Positions 1 through 15,282 of a DNA stretch of 64,000 bases are shown piece after piece; the stretch's first letter is position 1, and each line of letters starts with the position of its first letter. The notes under the pieces were generated by a model. That model saw only the letters and a list, made by a program, of their open reading frames with translations, was not told the origin of the DNA and made no database searches. Both the position numbers and the translations under genes were made by a program. The stretch comes from Antedon mediterranea (lineage: Eukaryota; Animalia; Echinodermata): positions 37,064,388 through 37,128,387 of the forward strand of contig NC_092670.1 in NCBI RefSeq assembly GCF_964355755.1, read 5' to 3'.

Positions 1-225
1 GTTGATATAACCTTTCATCATTCACCAAGTGCCATTATTTGTACCATTACACGAATACAAAACATTCATTATTTGTTTTATATAACATCTAGACGTTTTT
101 TTTTCGTACACAAAAATGTTTCAAAAAGTACTATTTAACGATCGTTGAATAGTGCGTACTATTGCACGCCATGTGACCCACATTCGTCCAATCAAATGAC
201 AGGAATTTATATAGGTGTTATATAA
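1..225 (-). mobile_element. Hairpin-ended non-autonomous repeat, copy A (cut by window edge)
   Basis: Near-identical reverse complement of part of 43895-44208; also shares both ends with 15965-16875. Confidence 0.8.
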
Positions 226-599
226 ATGCACATATATACTGTAGCAATATTATCGCATAATAGTTGAATTTTAAAAAGTGGATATTTTGGCCATTTTTGG
301 AAAAATTCCTGTACTATATATAGCACAGGGATTTTTTCGAAAAATGACAAAATTTTGACCCTTTTATTTTTCGACATGATAACTGGTTACAAACACTCTA
401 TAAGAAGATGATAACGCAATATGTAGCAATATTATCGCATAATAATTTAATTTTAAAAAGTGGATATTTTGGCCGCCTTTGGAAAAAATCTCTGTACTCT
501 GCCCCGTCATGAAAGAACGACTCAACTGCATAAAGCAAAGTTTTGAGATAATAAACAAAACGTGTTCTTGTTTTAGCTCTTCACGTGTGTAGATAATAT

Positions 600-3050
600 T
601 ATTTTGATTAGCATAATAAACATGCGCAGAGGCGAATAATGGGTTCTGCGCATGTCAATTGTGCTATAGTAACCAGTTTTATCGAAAAATAAAAAGGTCG
701 AAAATTTGCCATTTTACTTTTGACATAAATGGTTACTATAGCATAATAAACATGCGGAGAGACGAATACTGGGTTCTGCGCATGTCAATTGTGCTATAAT
801 AACCAGTTTTGACATAAATGGTTACTATAGCATAATAAACATGCGCAGAGTCGACTAATGGTTTCTGCGCATGTTAATTGTGCTATAGTAACCAGTTTTA
901 TCGAAAAATAAAAAGGTCGAAAATTTGCCATTTTACTTTTGACATAAATGGTTACTATAGCATAATAAACATGCGCAGAGTCGACTAATGGGTTATGCGC
1001 ATGTTAATTGTGCTATAGTAACCAGTTTTATCGAAAAATAAAAAGGTTGAAAATTGACAATTTTTTAAAAAAATCCCTGTACTTATAGTAAAGGGAAATT
1101 TTTGAAACTTATGGCCGATTTTCGACCCTTTTATTTTTCGATAAAAAGGTCGAAAATTTGCCATTTACTTTTGACATAAATGGTTGCTATAGCATAATAA
1201 ACATGCGCAGAGTCGACTAATGGGTTCTGCGCATGTTAATTATGCTATAGTAACCAGTTTTATCGAAAAATAAAAAGGTCGAAAATTTGCCTTTTTTGGA
1301 AAAAATTCCTGTACAGAGAAATTTTTGAAAAATGGCCGATTTTCGACCCTTTTATTTTTTGACATAAATGGTTACTATTGCATAATACACATGCGCAAAG
1401 ACGAATAATGGCTTCTGCGCATGTCAATTGTGCTATAGTAACCAGTTTTGACATAAATGGTTACTATAGCATAATAAACATGCGCAGAGTCGACTAGTGG
1501 TGTCTGCGCATTTTAATTGTGCTATAGTAACCAGTTTTATCGAAAAATAAAAAGGTCGAAAATTGACAATTTTTGAAAAAATTCCTGTACTATTGTACAG
1601 AGAAATTTTAGAGAAATGGCCGATTTTCGACCCATTTATTTATTGACATAAATGGTTACTATTGCATAATAAACAACATGCGCAGAGACGAATACTGGGT
1701 TCTGCGCATGTCAATTGTGCTATAGTAACCAGTTTTGACATAAATGGTTACTATAGCATAATAAACATGCGCAGAGTCGACTAATGGGTTCTGCGCATGT
1801 TAATTGTGCTATAGTAACCAGTTTTATCAAAAAATAAAAAGGACGAAAATTGGCAATTTTTGTGAAAAAATCCCTGTACCAGGCCTATAGTACAGGGAAA
1901 TTTTTGGAAAATGGCCGATTTTCGATCCTTTTATTTTTTGACATAAATGGTTACTATTGCATAATAAACATGCGCAGAGACGAATAATGGGTTCTGCGCA
2001 TGTCAATTGTGCTATAGTAACCAGTTTTGACATAAATGGTTACTATAGCATAATAAACATGCGCAGAGTCGACTAATGGGTTCTGCGCATGTTAATTGTG
2101 CTATAGTAAGCAGTTTTATCGAAAAATAAAAAGGACGAAAATTGGCAATTTTTTTGAAAAAATCCCTGTACTATAGTACAGGAAAATTTTCGAAAAATGG
2201 CCGATTTTCGACCCTTTTATTTTTTGACATAAATGGTTACTATTGCATAATAAACATGCGCAGAGACGAATACTGGGTTCTGCGCATGTCAATTGTGCTA
2301 TAATAACCAGTTTTGACATAAATGGTTACTATAGCATAATAAACATGCGCAGAGTCGACTAATGGTTTCTGCGCATGTTAATTGTGCTATAGTAACCAGT
2401 TTTATCGAAAAATAAAATGACGAAAATTAGCCATTTTTTTGAAAAAATCCCTGTACTATAGTACAGGAAAATTTTCGAAAAATGGCCGATTTTCGACCCT
2501 TTTATTTTTTGACATAAATGGTTACTATTGCATAATAAACATGCGCAGAGACGAATACTGGGTTCTGCGCATGTCAATTGTGCTATAATAACCAGTTTTG
2601 ACATAAATGGTTACTATAGCATAATAAACATGCGCAGAGTCGACTAATGGGTTCTGCACATGTTAATTATGCTATAGTAACCAGTTTTATCGAAAAATAA
2701 AAAGGTCGAAAATTTGCCATTTTTGGAAAAAATTCCTGCACAGGGAAATTTTCGAAAAATGGCCGATTTTCGACCCTTTTATTTTTTGACATAAATGGTT
2801 ACTATAGCATAATAAACATGCGCAGAGACGAATAATGGGTTCTGTGCATGTCAATTGTGCTATAGTAACCAGTTTTGACATAAATGGTTACTATAGCATA
2901 ATAAACATGCGCAGAGTCGACTAATGGTTTCTGCGCATGTTAATTGTGCTATAGTAACCAGTTTTATCGAAAAATAAAAAGGTCGAAAATTGGCCATTTT
3001 TTTGAAAATATCCGTGTACTATAGTACAGGGAAATTTTTGAAAAATGTTG
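600..3050. repeat. Higher-order tandem satellite (~285 bp = ~107-bp palindrome B + two ~89-bp hairpin units A1/A2), with degenerate copies out to ~230 and ~3900
   Basis: B units start at 2114, 2400, 2685; A unit ggttactatagcataataaacatgcgcaga-14 nt-tctgcgcatgttaattgtgctatagtaacc. Confidence 0.92.
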
Positions 3051-4098
3051 TTCATGTTTCTTGTATTTTTACTTTAGTTTTAAGTATTAATTTAAGAGGG
3101 GGAGAATATTCAATAATAATATCATTACGGTGTTCACATAGTCTCTCCGGGGTATTTAATTCTAAATATTCCAGAAATAAAATTAATACTCTAATAATAA
3201 CTAAACAAGTTTAAGTGAGTATTGAATAAAATAATTATTGACAATTATTCGTAGGGCAGTACCAAATTATTTTATGTTTAAAACAACAACATTACACAGC
3301 TTGCTGTGCAATTAACGCCATTGTTGTGCACTTGAATGGGTTTCCTATGACATAATAGGTGTTAATATGTCAATTGAGTGAGTCTTTCATGGCATTTGTA
3401 GTTGAATTAGTCTTTGGTGACAATAATAATAATTGAGTGGTATTTTGATTTTTAAATTTCATATTTCTAGTTAAAATTTTGAATATCTGAATATACCACA
3501 AGGTTTATCATTCCTTAAATAGCCCCCAAAAAAACTAAAAAAGTGATTTTTGAAAAAAAAATCCCTGTACAGGGAAATTTTTAAAATATGGCAAAATTTC
3601 GAACCTTTATTTCCTGACATATAACTTGTTAACATAATCTGACATGCGCAGAATCGCATAATGTGTTCTGCACATGTTACCTCGATACATATTTTAAGAA
3701 GTTAATATTTTGGCCACTTTTTGAAAAATCTCTGTACAGGGAAATTTTCGAAAAATGGCCAAATGTTGACCCTTTTATTTTTTTACTTAACTGGTTACTA
3801 TATCATAATGTGACGTGCGCAGATTCACATAATATTTTATGCGCATGTTAACTCAATATATATTTTAAGTTTATATTGTGGCCATTTAAAAATAAAAAAA
3901 TAAAAATTTAATGTCATTTTGCAGGAATTATACTACGTCGTCAGGATTGAACTTTGGATTGGAAGGCAAGCACTTAAGTTAACCACCAAGCTACAGCTCG
4001 ATTTCTCTTTATCTCTTTATTACTCTACTGTACCCAAAAATTTTATCAGTTACTCTAATTTATATATATATTCTACTAATGGAATTGATACAATTATT

Positions 4099-7081
<2,983 letters not shown>

Positions 7082-8169
7082 TTTGTAGGATATTAATTAA
7101 CAAAATGTACCGGTATATATCGCCACGTTTGAAAGACCGAGAGAAAGTCGAGCGTGTTAACTAAACAGCACCCTCTAGCAACGTCTCTTTAATACCTTTC
7201 CTTTTATAATGTCAAAGAAAAGTGGGTTTTCTAAGTGATTTCAGTTGTCTATTTATATGATATCAAATGAAAAAGGATGACTTAAAATATAAATGTTTCC
7301 AGCCGTATTGTGATAATAATTCCTTCTATTATTTCCTATAATAATCAAATTATTTACGGAGGATTTTAGAATGATAAAGAATGATTTGTAAATGTTTGAA
7401 GTAGTTTTTATAAGTTATACCAATTAGTTCAACAACATTTCATTTTTTGTGGTGTTTCAGGGTGAATGATTTGTGGTAAGAATCCTTTTGTTCAGTCAAT
7501 AATGTCATTCACGTTGGTATCTCCATGACAATTTAAAGCATGGGTTTTATCATGAAACACTTAATAGCCTAACCATGATATCAGTATGCAAATGGACTTT
7601 GCTCCCGATTACTTCTGTAATACTGCAGTGTTTTGAATAATATCTTATAGGGAGATTTATCTTTCATTATATTAATAAAAAGTAATAACTATATTACCTA
7701 AGCTCCTTAATATAAGTTTAAATGTGGCAATTTTTTTTTAAACTTAAGTTTCTGTTTCAACAGGCTTCCTAAAAAAACAAATAGGAAAAATTGATACGTA
7801 AGTATACGACTCTAAAATTTAATGGAATCGTCCAAGAATACTCCAGATACAGAAACAATACAGCATTGATCGATATTAGGCTAAGTAGACCTTTAAGCCT
7901 ATTGCGGAATATAGCATATCGGGAACGAACACATCTCACTTTGTCCTACAGCACCAGACATTAATTTAACATTGACTGACGATCTCATTATTCAATAAAG
8001 GTTGTAGGTAAGTTGTAATTAATTATCATAAACAATGAGCTAAAATCACCAATATATTAATTTAGAAAGTGGCATGTACATGGTTAAGCAGTATGAAGAC
8101 AAATCTAGTGTATGAGACAAAATCAGTTTTGAATGTAAAAAAAGCAATAGAACATCTTTCTCATTTTAG
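7082..8169. promoter_or_regulatory. Divergent promoter region between AK2 and the CRAL-TRIO gene; CTCF-like motif ~7165-7182; candidate 5'UTR exons 7764-7797 and 7952-8007 (+)
   Basis: Head-to-head starts 1.1 kb apart; gttgctagagggtgctgt on - strand; cag..gtaagt-bounded short segments. Confidence 0.45.
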
Positions 8170-8184
8170 AACTCTTTATTGAAA

Positions 8185-8980
8185 ATGGCCAACGTGAATA
8201 CACCTTACAAATGGACTTTAGGCCGAGACCTAGCATCAAAAGCTGAAAAGGAACTGGGAGAAACTCCACGTGTTCGTGACGCTGCTTTTGCTAAGATCAA
8301 GTTAAAGATGAAGGAACGAACTGATATTAGTTTTCGCAAAGACGACAAATTCATTTTACGGTTTTTACGGGCAAAGAAATTTGACGTCGACCGGGCTTTC
8401 AAAAGTTTGGTAAAGTATTACGAACTGAAAGAGAAACATCCAGATTTCTTTAACGAATACAAACCTTCGTCTGTTTTGCATGTTCTTGAAGATGGCTTTC
8501 CAGTTGTTTTTGATAACGTAGACAACGAAGGAAGACCAGTATTGGCTCTTAAAGTGTGTAAGTATTACATTCGTCGGAAGTTTGTCTATATATATATGGT
8601 CCGAGTTCGAGTCTCGGTTGGGGCGACTTTTTCTCATTCTCACAGATTTCCTTATCTTTATCGTTTCAAATTAATTAATTAAATTTCAGTATATCACCGG
8701 GCGGTTTAGAATTAATGTTCTTTGCCTCTTGTGTTTATATATATATATATATATATGAACACAACAGGCAAAGAACATTAATTCTAAACCGCCCGGTGAT
8801 ATACTGAAATTTAATTAATTAATTTGAAACGATAAAGATGAGGAAATCTTTGAGAATGAGAAAAATTCGCACCAACCGAGACTCGAACTCGGACCGCCTG
8901 CTTGATATGCAGATGTCCTAACCATTAGACCACTGGGGCTTTCATGGTATTGTTCGAACTCGATTGGATAGCGACTCTTT

Positions 8981-9023
<43 letters not shown>

Positions 9024-9119
9024 AATCTGCAGACAGTACTGTTTCGATCTTATTAGATCTCGTCAGTGCAGCTCAGGTTTCGAAATGAAATGTACCGCAG
9101 AACTGGCACAATATATAGG

Positions 9120-9157
<38 letters not shown>

Positions 9158-12100
9158 TGTTTCGTTATGCTTCTGCTTGCTACGACTTGTAAGTTCCTTT
9201 TTTCATATCACAACTTACATTTGTATTTAGCCACTTGCTTAATTTGCTGTGGTTATCTTCTAATGACCAAAATATTTGTTCAAGATTCATCATAAATGTC
9301 ATATCCGGAAATATTACTGTGTATAATCCCACTATAACATATTCCATTATTGTTACGTAATAAAGAATTGTGTATAAAACTCTGAACTAGCTTAAATCAA
9401 ATGTACTTTTTTATGACGGCCTTTGACGATATCATAATTATACATTCATCATGCTCATAAAGAGAAAATAGAACTTTAATTATTTACAAGCAGAAGGGCT
9501 ATACCGTTGATAAATAACCCAATTATATAGCTATACAGTATTAGTAGATGGTCTATAAACGGTAATAACATTGATGAGTCAATGTATGTTTATTACACAT
9601 TTTGAATGAACTGGTTATTATAATATCCTAAAAATAGAGAATAATAATCATTGTAGGTCGATTTTATTATGTATGTTGTTAATGATACGTAATTATTCAA
9701 AAAATATTCAATTGCTGATTTGATTTGAATTTATTATATTAAAATCGTTTAAAAATACAAACAAAATCAAAACCTATACTTAAAATCTGACATTTTAGAA
9801 AAATATATCATTACCAAAAATAAATAATTTTCCAGGATATAGAAAAAGCTTAAAGCTTATTTTTCATTGGGTACTTTATTGTAGTTCTGAAGAGCACTGT
9901 TGAGTTTCTCAACGTTTCGATCAAAATGCTTTAATCGTCCTCGGGAATGAGAATGCAGAAAGACCAGTAAACTTGGAATAAGAGAAGCTCAACAGTTCTT
10001 TTCAGAACTAATACGTGGTGGTGTACCGCAAACTTTATATCAACATTTGATTTCGCCATGCACACCTTCAAACAATATAATATTACTTTATTGTAGTCTA
10101 AATCATCTTAAATAGCTGCTTGAAAAATATCACTTTTCATACATTTTTTGTTTCATTTATCAGTTCATGTAAAGTGATCATTCATTGTTTACGTTCACAC
10201 GAGGATGACGTGTGTTCACACTGTGACGCTGGGGTCAGTAGGTAAGTCTAATCACAAGTATCGTATGTTTATTTATCACTCATATTATCACCAATATTAT
10301 CGTGATTGCTTTCACAATTTTTAATAATCAGTCGTTTACATAACGCGTAAAGGAATGTACAATTACATCATGCTGTCATTAGTACCCATTTCGGGTATCA
10401 TTATTTTTATGAGGTAGCCTCTCTATAGTGTTAATTTAAAATAGAGGGAATGGTTTTACCACATGGCTGAACTTTCGTTACTGAAATGTAGCTTTCTTGT
10501 GAAATCTACACTGTGTATGTCACGTTTTGAATGAAAGCTTGGATTCCACTTGGACGTAACGCAATGACGTATAAGCGTACTGCAAGTAATTTGACCAATC
10601 ACGACGTCATGATGTATCGTCTGAACTGTCGCTTGTGATTGGTCAACTTACTTGCTTATTTCAACGCGCGTGCGTATGACAATTCCGGTTAGTTGACATC
10701 CGATACTTTTTATGTTCTTGTTTTGTTTGGATTGAAACATAAATGACATCAATTACTCCTACTTTATATTATACTTTACGAGTATATAATTGTTGATGAC
10801 CTTTTATACAGTGTAAACATATAAAGCTCTTTATATTTATAAACTTTACTCTCATATAATTACATAATATTCTACTAAAAAATGCATGTTGCTTTGCAGC
10901 CAAATGGAACGCAAGTGACTATAACATTATTGACATCGCAAAAGCAGTGTTCATGGCAATGGAGATGTTAATAGAGAGTGAAAAGAACCAGATTAATGGA
11001 GTTATACTGTTGGCAGACTTAGAAGGAATCGGCCTATCACATGCTATGCAGCTTAGCCCAGGATTCGCTAGGAAAGTCACCGCAATTTTTCAGGTAGGCC
11101 TACTTATAGTTTTTACTAGAATTGACAATCATGTGATTATGTGTGTGGTGAAAGAGTTAAATATTCTTACGATGTGATTAGTGGGTGCCAACGTCATAGT
11201 GGAAAAGGTCATAGTTGGGCGAAACGTCTGACCACTACCTCTTAAATCTTTATGGGACAAAATTACGTCATAGTAGTTAAATTATCATCAAATAGTCTGG
11301 AAGATGCCTACATATATTGACACCAATCTGTGCAGTATAATTACTACTAATTACTGCTTATCCTTTTTATTTCCAGAACTGTGTACCCGTTCGTCTCCAG
11401 GGAATTCATTTCGTTAATGAGCCGGTTGTATTTTCAGGCGTCTACCACATACTGAAGCCATTTATGCAAGACAAGATAAAGAAACGGGTATGAGACTTGG
11501 ATTACTTGTAAATAAACACAGGGCAGAAACACAACGTTCTACAAAGAATATTTCTTTTTACAAAATAGTTTATCTTTGCAAACCAACAGTATAGTTGTCT
11601 TTTACAGATAATGGTTTGTCTTGTTAATAAAACACGAACCATTGTTTGTCTTTCAAACAATGGTCTATCGTCAACCTTTGGTTTGTCTTTTAAAACCCAG
11701 TTTCTAAGAAAAAAAAACCATGGTTTGTTCTTTACAATTTGTGGTTTTTCTTTCACAAACCATTGTTTGTCTTGTTAATAAATAGTCTGTCATTTACAGC
11801 CCTTGGTTTGTCTTTTACAAACCATAGTCTGTCTTGTTAATAAATAGTCTGTCATTTACAGCCCTTGGTTTGTCTTTTAAAAACCATAGTCTGTCTTGTT
11901 AATAAATGGTCTGTCATTTACAGCCCTTGGTTTGTCTTTTATAAACCATAGTTTGTCTTGTCTTGTTAATAAAAACACAAACCATTTTTGTCTTTCTCAA
12001 ACAATCGTCTGTCATTTACAAACCGTGATTTGTCTTTTACAAACCATAGTTTCTAAAGAAAAAACATGGTTTGTTCTTTCAATCAAAAGGCAAACCATAC

Positions 12101-13918
12101 TGTTTTTCCCCTGTTTTTCTTTTTACAAACAATGGTCTTTTGCAAACCAGACTTTGTGTAGAACAGTAGATGTGTCAAACGGCACACCGTAATAAAGGCA
12201 CATTTACTCAAATATATAGAATTTATATTGGCATAGACGAACATTTCACTACATAATTTATATTGTCATAGATGAACTTTTCACTACATAAGTTATATTG
12301 CCATAGATGAACTTCTCATTACATAATTTATATTGCCATAGATGAACTTCTCACTACATAATTTATATTAACATAGATGAACTTCTCACTACATAATTTA
12401 TATTAACATAGATGAACTTCTCACTACATAATTTATATTGCCATAGATGAACTTTTCACTACATAATTTATATTGCCATAGATGAACTTTTCACTACATA
12501 ATTTATATTGCCATAGATGAACTTTTCACTACATAATTTATATTGCCATAGACGAACTTTTCACTATATAATTTATATTGCCATAGATGAACTTTTCACA
12601 ATATAATTTATATTGCCATAGATGAACTTTTCACAATATAATTTGTATTGCCATAGATGAACTTTTCACTATATAATTTATATTGCCATAGACGAACTTT
12701 TCACTATATAATTTATATTGCCATAGATGAACTTTTCACTATATAATTTATATTGCCATAGATGAACTTTTCACTACATAATTTATATTGCCATAGATGA
12801 ACTTTTCACTACATAATTTATATAGCCACCAATTGATAGCAATGTTTTGTATTCACATGACTCACAAGAAATGCCACATTGCTAAAAATATACATCATAA
12901 TCTAAATAAACAGTATTATCTTCAATGTCATACCATCAGGTGATAAACCAAATGTGATAAACGTTTAAAGCTCTGTCTACACTATCAAACTAGTTTGACA
13001 AAAAAGTGTGATGTGCCCAACTATGGTAGTGATATGCTTAAATATGGTAGTGATATTATATCATCATGTTCATGGGCACATCACATTTGTGTTGTCACAT
13101 AAAGTTTGATAGTGTAAACAGAGCTTTATATTAATAACGCACGGTTCTCTAAAACGTTGAGTCCAAAAGGCTCTTAGGCTTTGGCTGTACAGTTTGCATA
13201 AGTATGATTCCTCTGTTTGCTCTTTTGAGTTTTACCATAGTCCGAGTGAGTTCGTTCTAATCTATGTATCAACGGAGAGCTATTAATCATATATAAATAT
13301 TCATAAATGTGTATGTCATTTTGAAAATAAAAACATACGTGTTGACCTATGTGCAAAACATTCAACATCGGATCATGAGCTTTAAAACTAGACTTGCCTC
13401 AAGTCTGTATTTATTGTCTTTTTTATGTTAGTCCACCAGTCGACGTTTCGATTTTTGTCTGAAAAATACAGTTTACAAGCTCAAGTAGTATACGTATGAA
13501 ACGCCATAGGTGCCAACATATTCATCTTTTTACTAATATTAATTCATAACTACGTCTGGAACCCATACTACTTTACCACGTATATATGCCTATTTTTATT
13601 CGTTTCTATATTTTTATGTTCAAGGTTCAATGCCACGGTCGGACTTACTCCAGTCTTCATGAATATATACCCGCAGATATCCTACCATCTGACTACGACG
13701 GCACCACCGGGCCATACTCTAACGAATCTTGGGCAAAACGGTTCTTGGAGTTAGATCCAGTATTCGAAGAGAATTTTAGTTTTGGTTTACAGAAGAAAAA
13801 GAAATCTAAAGGTTCCAAAATTAAAAAGGAAAAGTATGGAAAGGGAGAGGAAAAAGAAAAGGAAAGCTTACCAAGTAAAGGGAAGGATGGTTATAAAAAG
13901 AAAACTCATACTTTATGA
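8185..13918 (+). CDS. CRAL-TRIO (Sec14-like) lipid-transfer protein, alpha-tocopherol transfer protein/clavesin/RLBP1-like, 323 aa
   Basis: Exons 8185-8557, 10900-11093, 11377-11487, 13625-13918 in frame; motifs ELGETP, DDKFILRFLRAKKF, NQINGV, PVRLQGIHFVNEP, ILPSDYDG. Confidence 0.92.
8598..8982. mobile_element. Inverted tail-to-tail pair of tRNA-derived SINE-like elements (5'-truncated + copy 8598-8735; longer - copy 8757-8982) in (TA)n; 5' fragment also at 40117-40177
   Basis: - strand 8939-8868 folds as a cloverleaf (A box tggtctaatgg, B box gttcgagtc, anticodon ATC); ~140-bp near-perfect inverted repeat. Confidence 0.8.
9027..9071 (-). ncRNA. Minimal type I hammerhead ribozyme (Penelope-like/retrozyme type)
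   Basis: CUGCA-CUGACGA-GAUCU aaua AGAUC-GAA-ACAGUACUGU-C-UGCAG: intact core, perfect stems I and II, palindromic stem III. Confidence 0.85.
9886..10083. mobile_element. Short Penelope-like element remnant with 14-bp direct repeats and a degenerate hammerhead on the - strand
   Basis: tactttattgtagt at 9872-9885 and 10084-10097; inverted repeat 9882-9910/9982-10010; - strand CCGAGGA-c-GAUUAAA gcau UUUGAUC-GAAACGUU. Confidence 0.65.
11540..12150. repeat. Degenerate tandem repeat (~20/60-bp tttgtcttttacaaaccat.. units) in CRAL-TRIO intron
   Basis: Near-identical 60-61-bp blocks at 11761-11950. Confidence 0.7.
12221..12825. repeat. 35-bp minisatellite, ~17 copies
   Basis: atttatattgccatagatgaacttttcactacata repeated. 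Confidence 0.95.
12969..13125. mobile_element. Harbinger-like MITE family 1, full copy (others at ~22735, 33165, 38497, 39148-39408, 39530-39686, 42267, 44216-44376)
   Basis: TIR agctctgtctacactatcaaact, TAA/TTA flanks. Confidence 0.8.
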
Positions 13919-14619
13919 ATGTAGATTAAGCCGGCTATGGTTAAGACAAAAACTGTCACAGAGCTGAATATACTTTCCTTAACAAGGTCAACAATATCTT
14001 TTTATTTCAGTTAAACACACAGAAATATTATATCAATAAATGCTAATAAAATAGCGATTCATTAGATCAGACCTGTACATAACTTTTCCATTATAAGGAA
14101 GTTCATTATACAAATTATTGCTAATTCCATAGGAAGTATAACAAGCATGTGGATGATCTGGGGTGGAGTTTTTAATCTAGTAGGCCTACGGTACCGTATT
14201 AAAAGGGACGGGTGTAAATGTGGGTGGGAGTGTGAACTACCACACCTAGGTAAAAAAGAGACAACTCATCTAGCCCAAGGCAACCGAATCAGTTGAAGAG
14301 CTTGATTTTTCCATTTAGTACTATTTCGTTAAACATGTATCGACTGCTTTAAGATTGTCAAAGATATTTTAGACAGTACTAGATATTTTATATGCTGTTA
14401 TCTACCTCATTAAATGCGTTACCGTCCCATTTACAATCTACAAATAATAAGTAAATATATGTTATCCTCGATTAAACTCTTATTGTTAAAAACAACTTTC
14501 CTAACACCTATAGGCCCAAGGAAAAAGCTGAGAGATAAGCTTTTTTAAATATAAAAAAAAGAAGAATTTTATGATACAATTATATGTATTATTTATTTTC
14601 TGGTAAATCCATTAGATCT

Positions 14620-14985
14620 AAGGCTAAATGTCCGTTTACACTATAACGATTGACGATAAATAGATAAACATAATCATACCTAAAACAAAAGAATTTTAAA
14701 AATTTTTCATCCTAAAACTAAAGGATTATCATGCTGCCTTTGATGAAAATAATATTTCCACACGTTCAATCAAATTACGTCATGATTAGTAAGAGCAAAA
14801 ATATCGTTACAATACAACGATTTTATTTTGTTTATTGATCATGACGTCCGCCATGTGATTGGATTTTCAAAAATATTATTTTTTATCAAATACAGCATCA
14901 TGATTATCCTATAGTTCTAGAACGAAAAAAATGTATGTTTATCAATTTATCTTCGATCGTTATCGCCCTAGTGTAAATGGGCCTT
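14620..14985. mobile_element. Degenerate MITE (partial copy ~23480-23585)
   Basis: gtccgtttacacta ... tagtgtaaatgggcct inverted termini and internal palindromic symmetry. Confidence 0.55.
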
Positions 14986-15282
14986 AATACGAAATAAAAT
15001 GTTATTTTATTTTTAAATCTTTGTAATGTAATTAATGTTGCCAATTGTATTATAAAACAAAATTAAATTATTTAATATTGAAAAATGTTTTACAAACTGT
15101 AATATCTTGATGTTATTTTTTGTTTAATTGTCGAAGAAACCTAGTTATGTTATCGGTCTACTCGTGGACCAGAGGCCAAGCAAATCAAACTAACAAATAG
15201 ACAGGTTTTCAATGTTATGGTACGGTGCAGTCTGTATAGTAGAGAATCATGGATAAATACGTTCTCCATGGAATAACACGTT

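Noticed and set aside
600-3050. CRISPR-like look (palindromic repeats) and repeated MSKLV.. ORFs
   Set aside because: Eukaryotic context, no unique spacers, no cas genes; the ORFs are translations of satellite units starting at non-ATG codons
8868-8939. Genuine tRNA-Asp(ATC) gene
   Set aside because: Embedded in a multi-copy element with shared flanks, acceptor-stem mismatch and an atypical anticodon; treated as a SINE head
13436-13465. Third hammerhead (gtcgacgtttcg)
   Set aside because: Only the GAAAC/stem III part is present; no CUGANGA core or stem II
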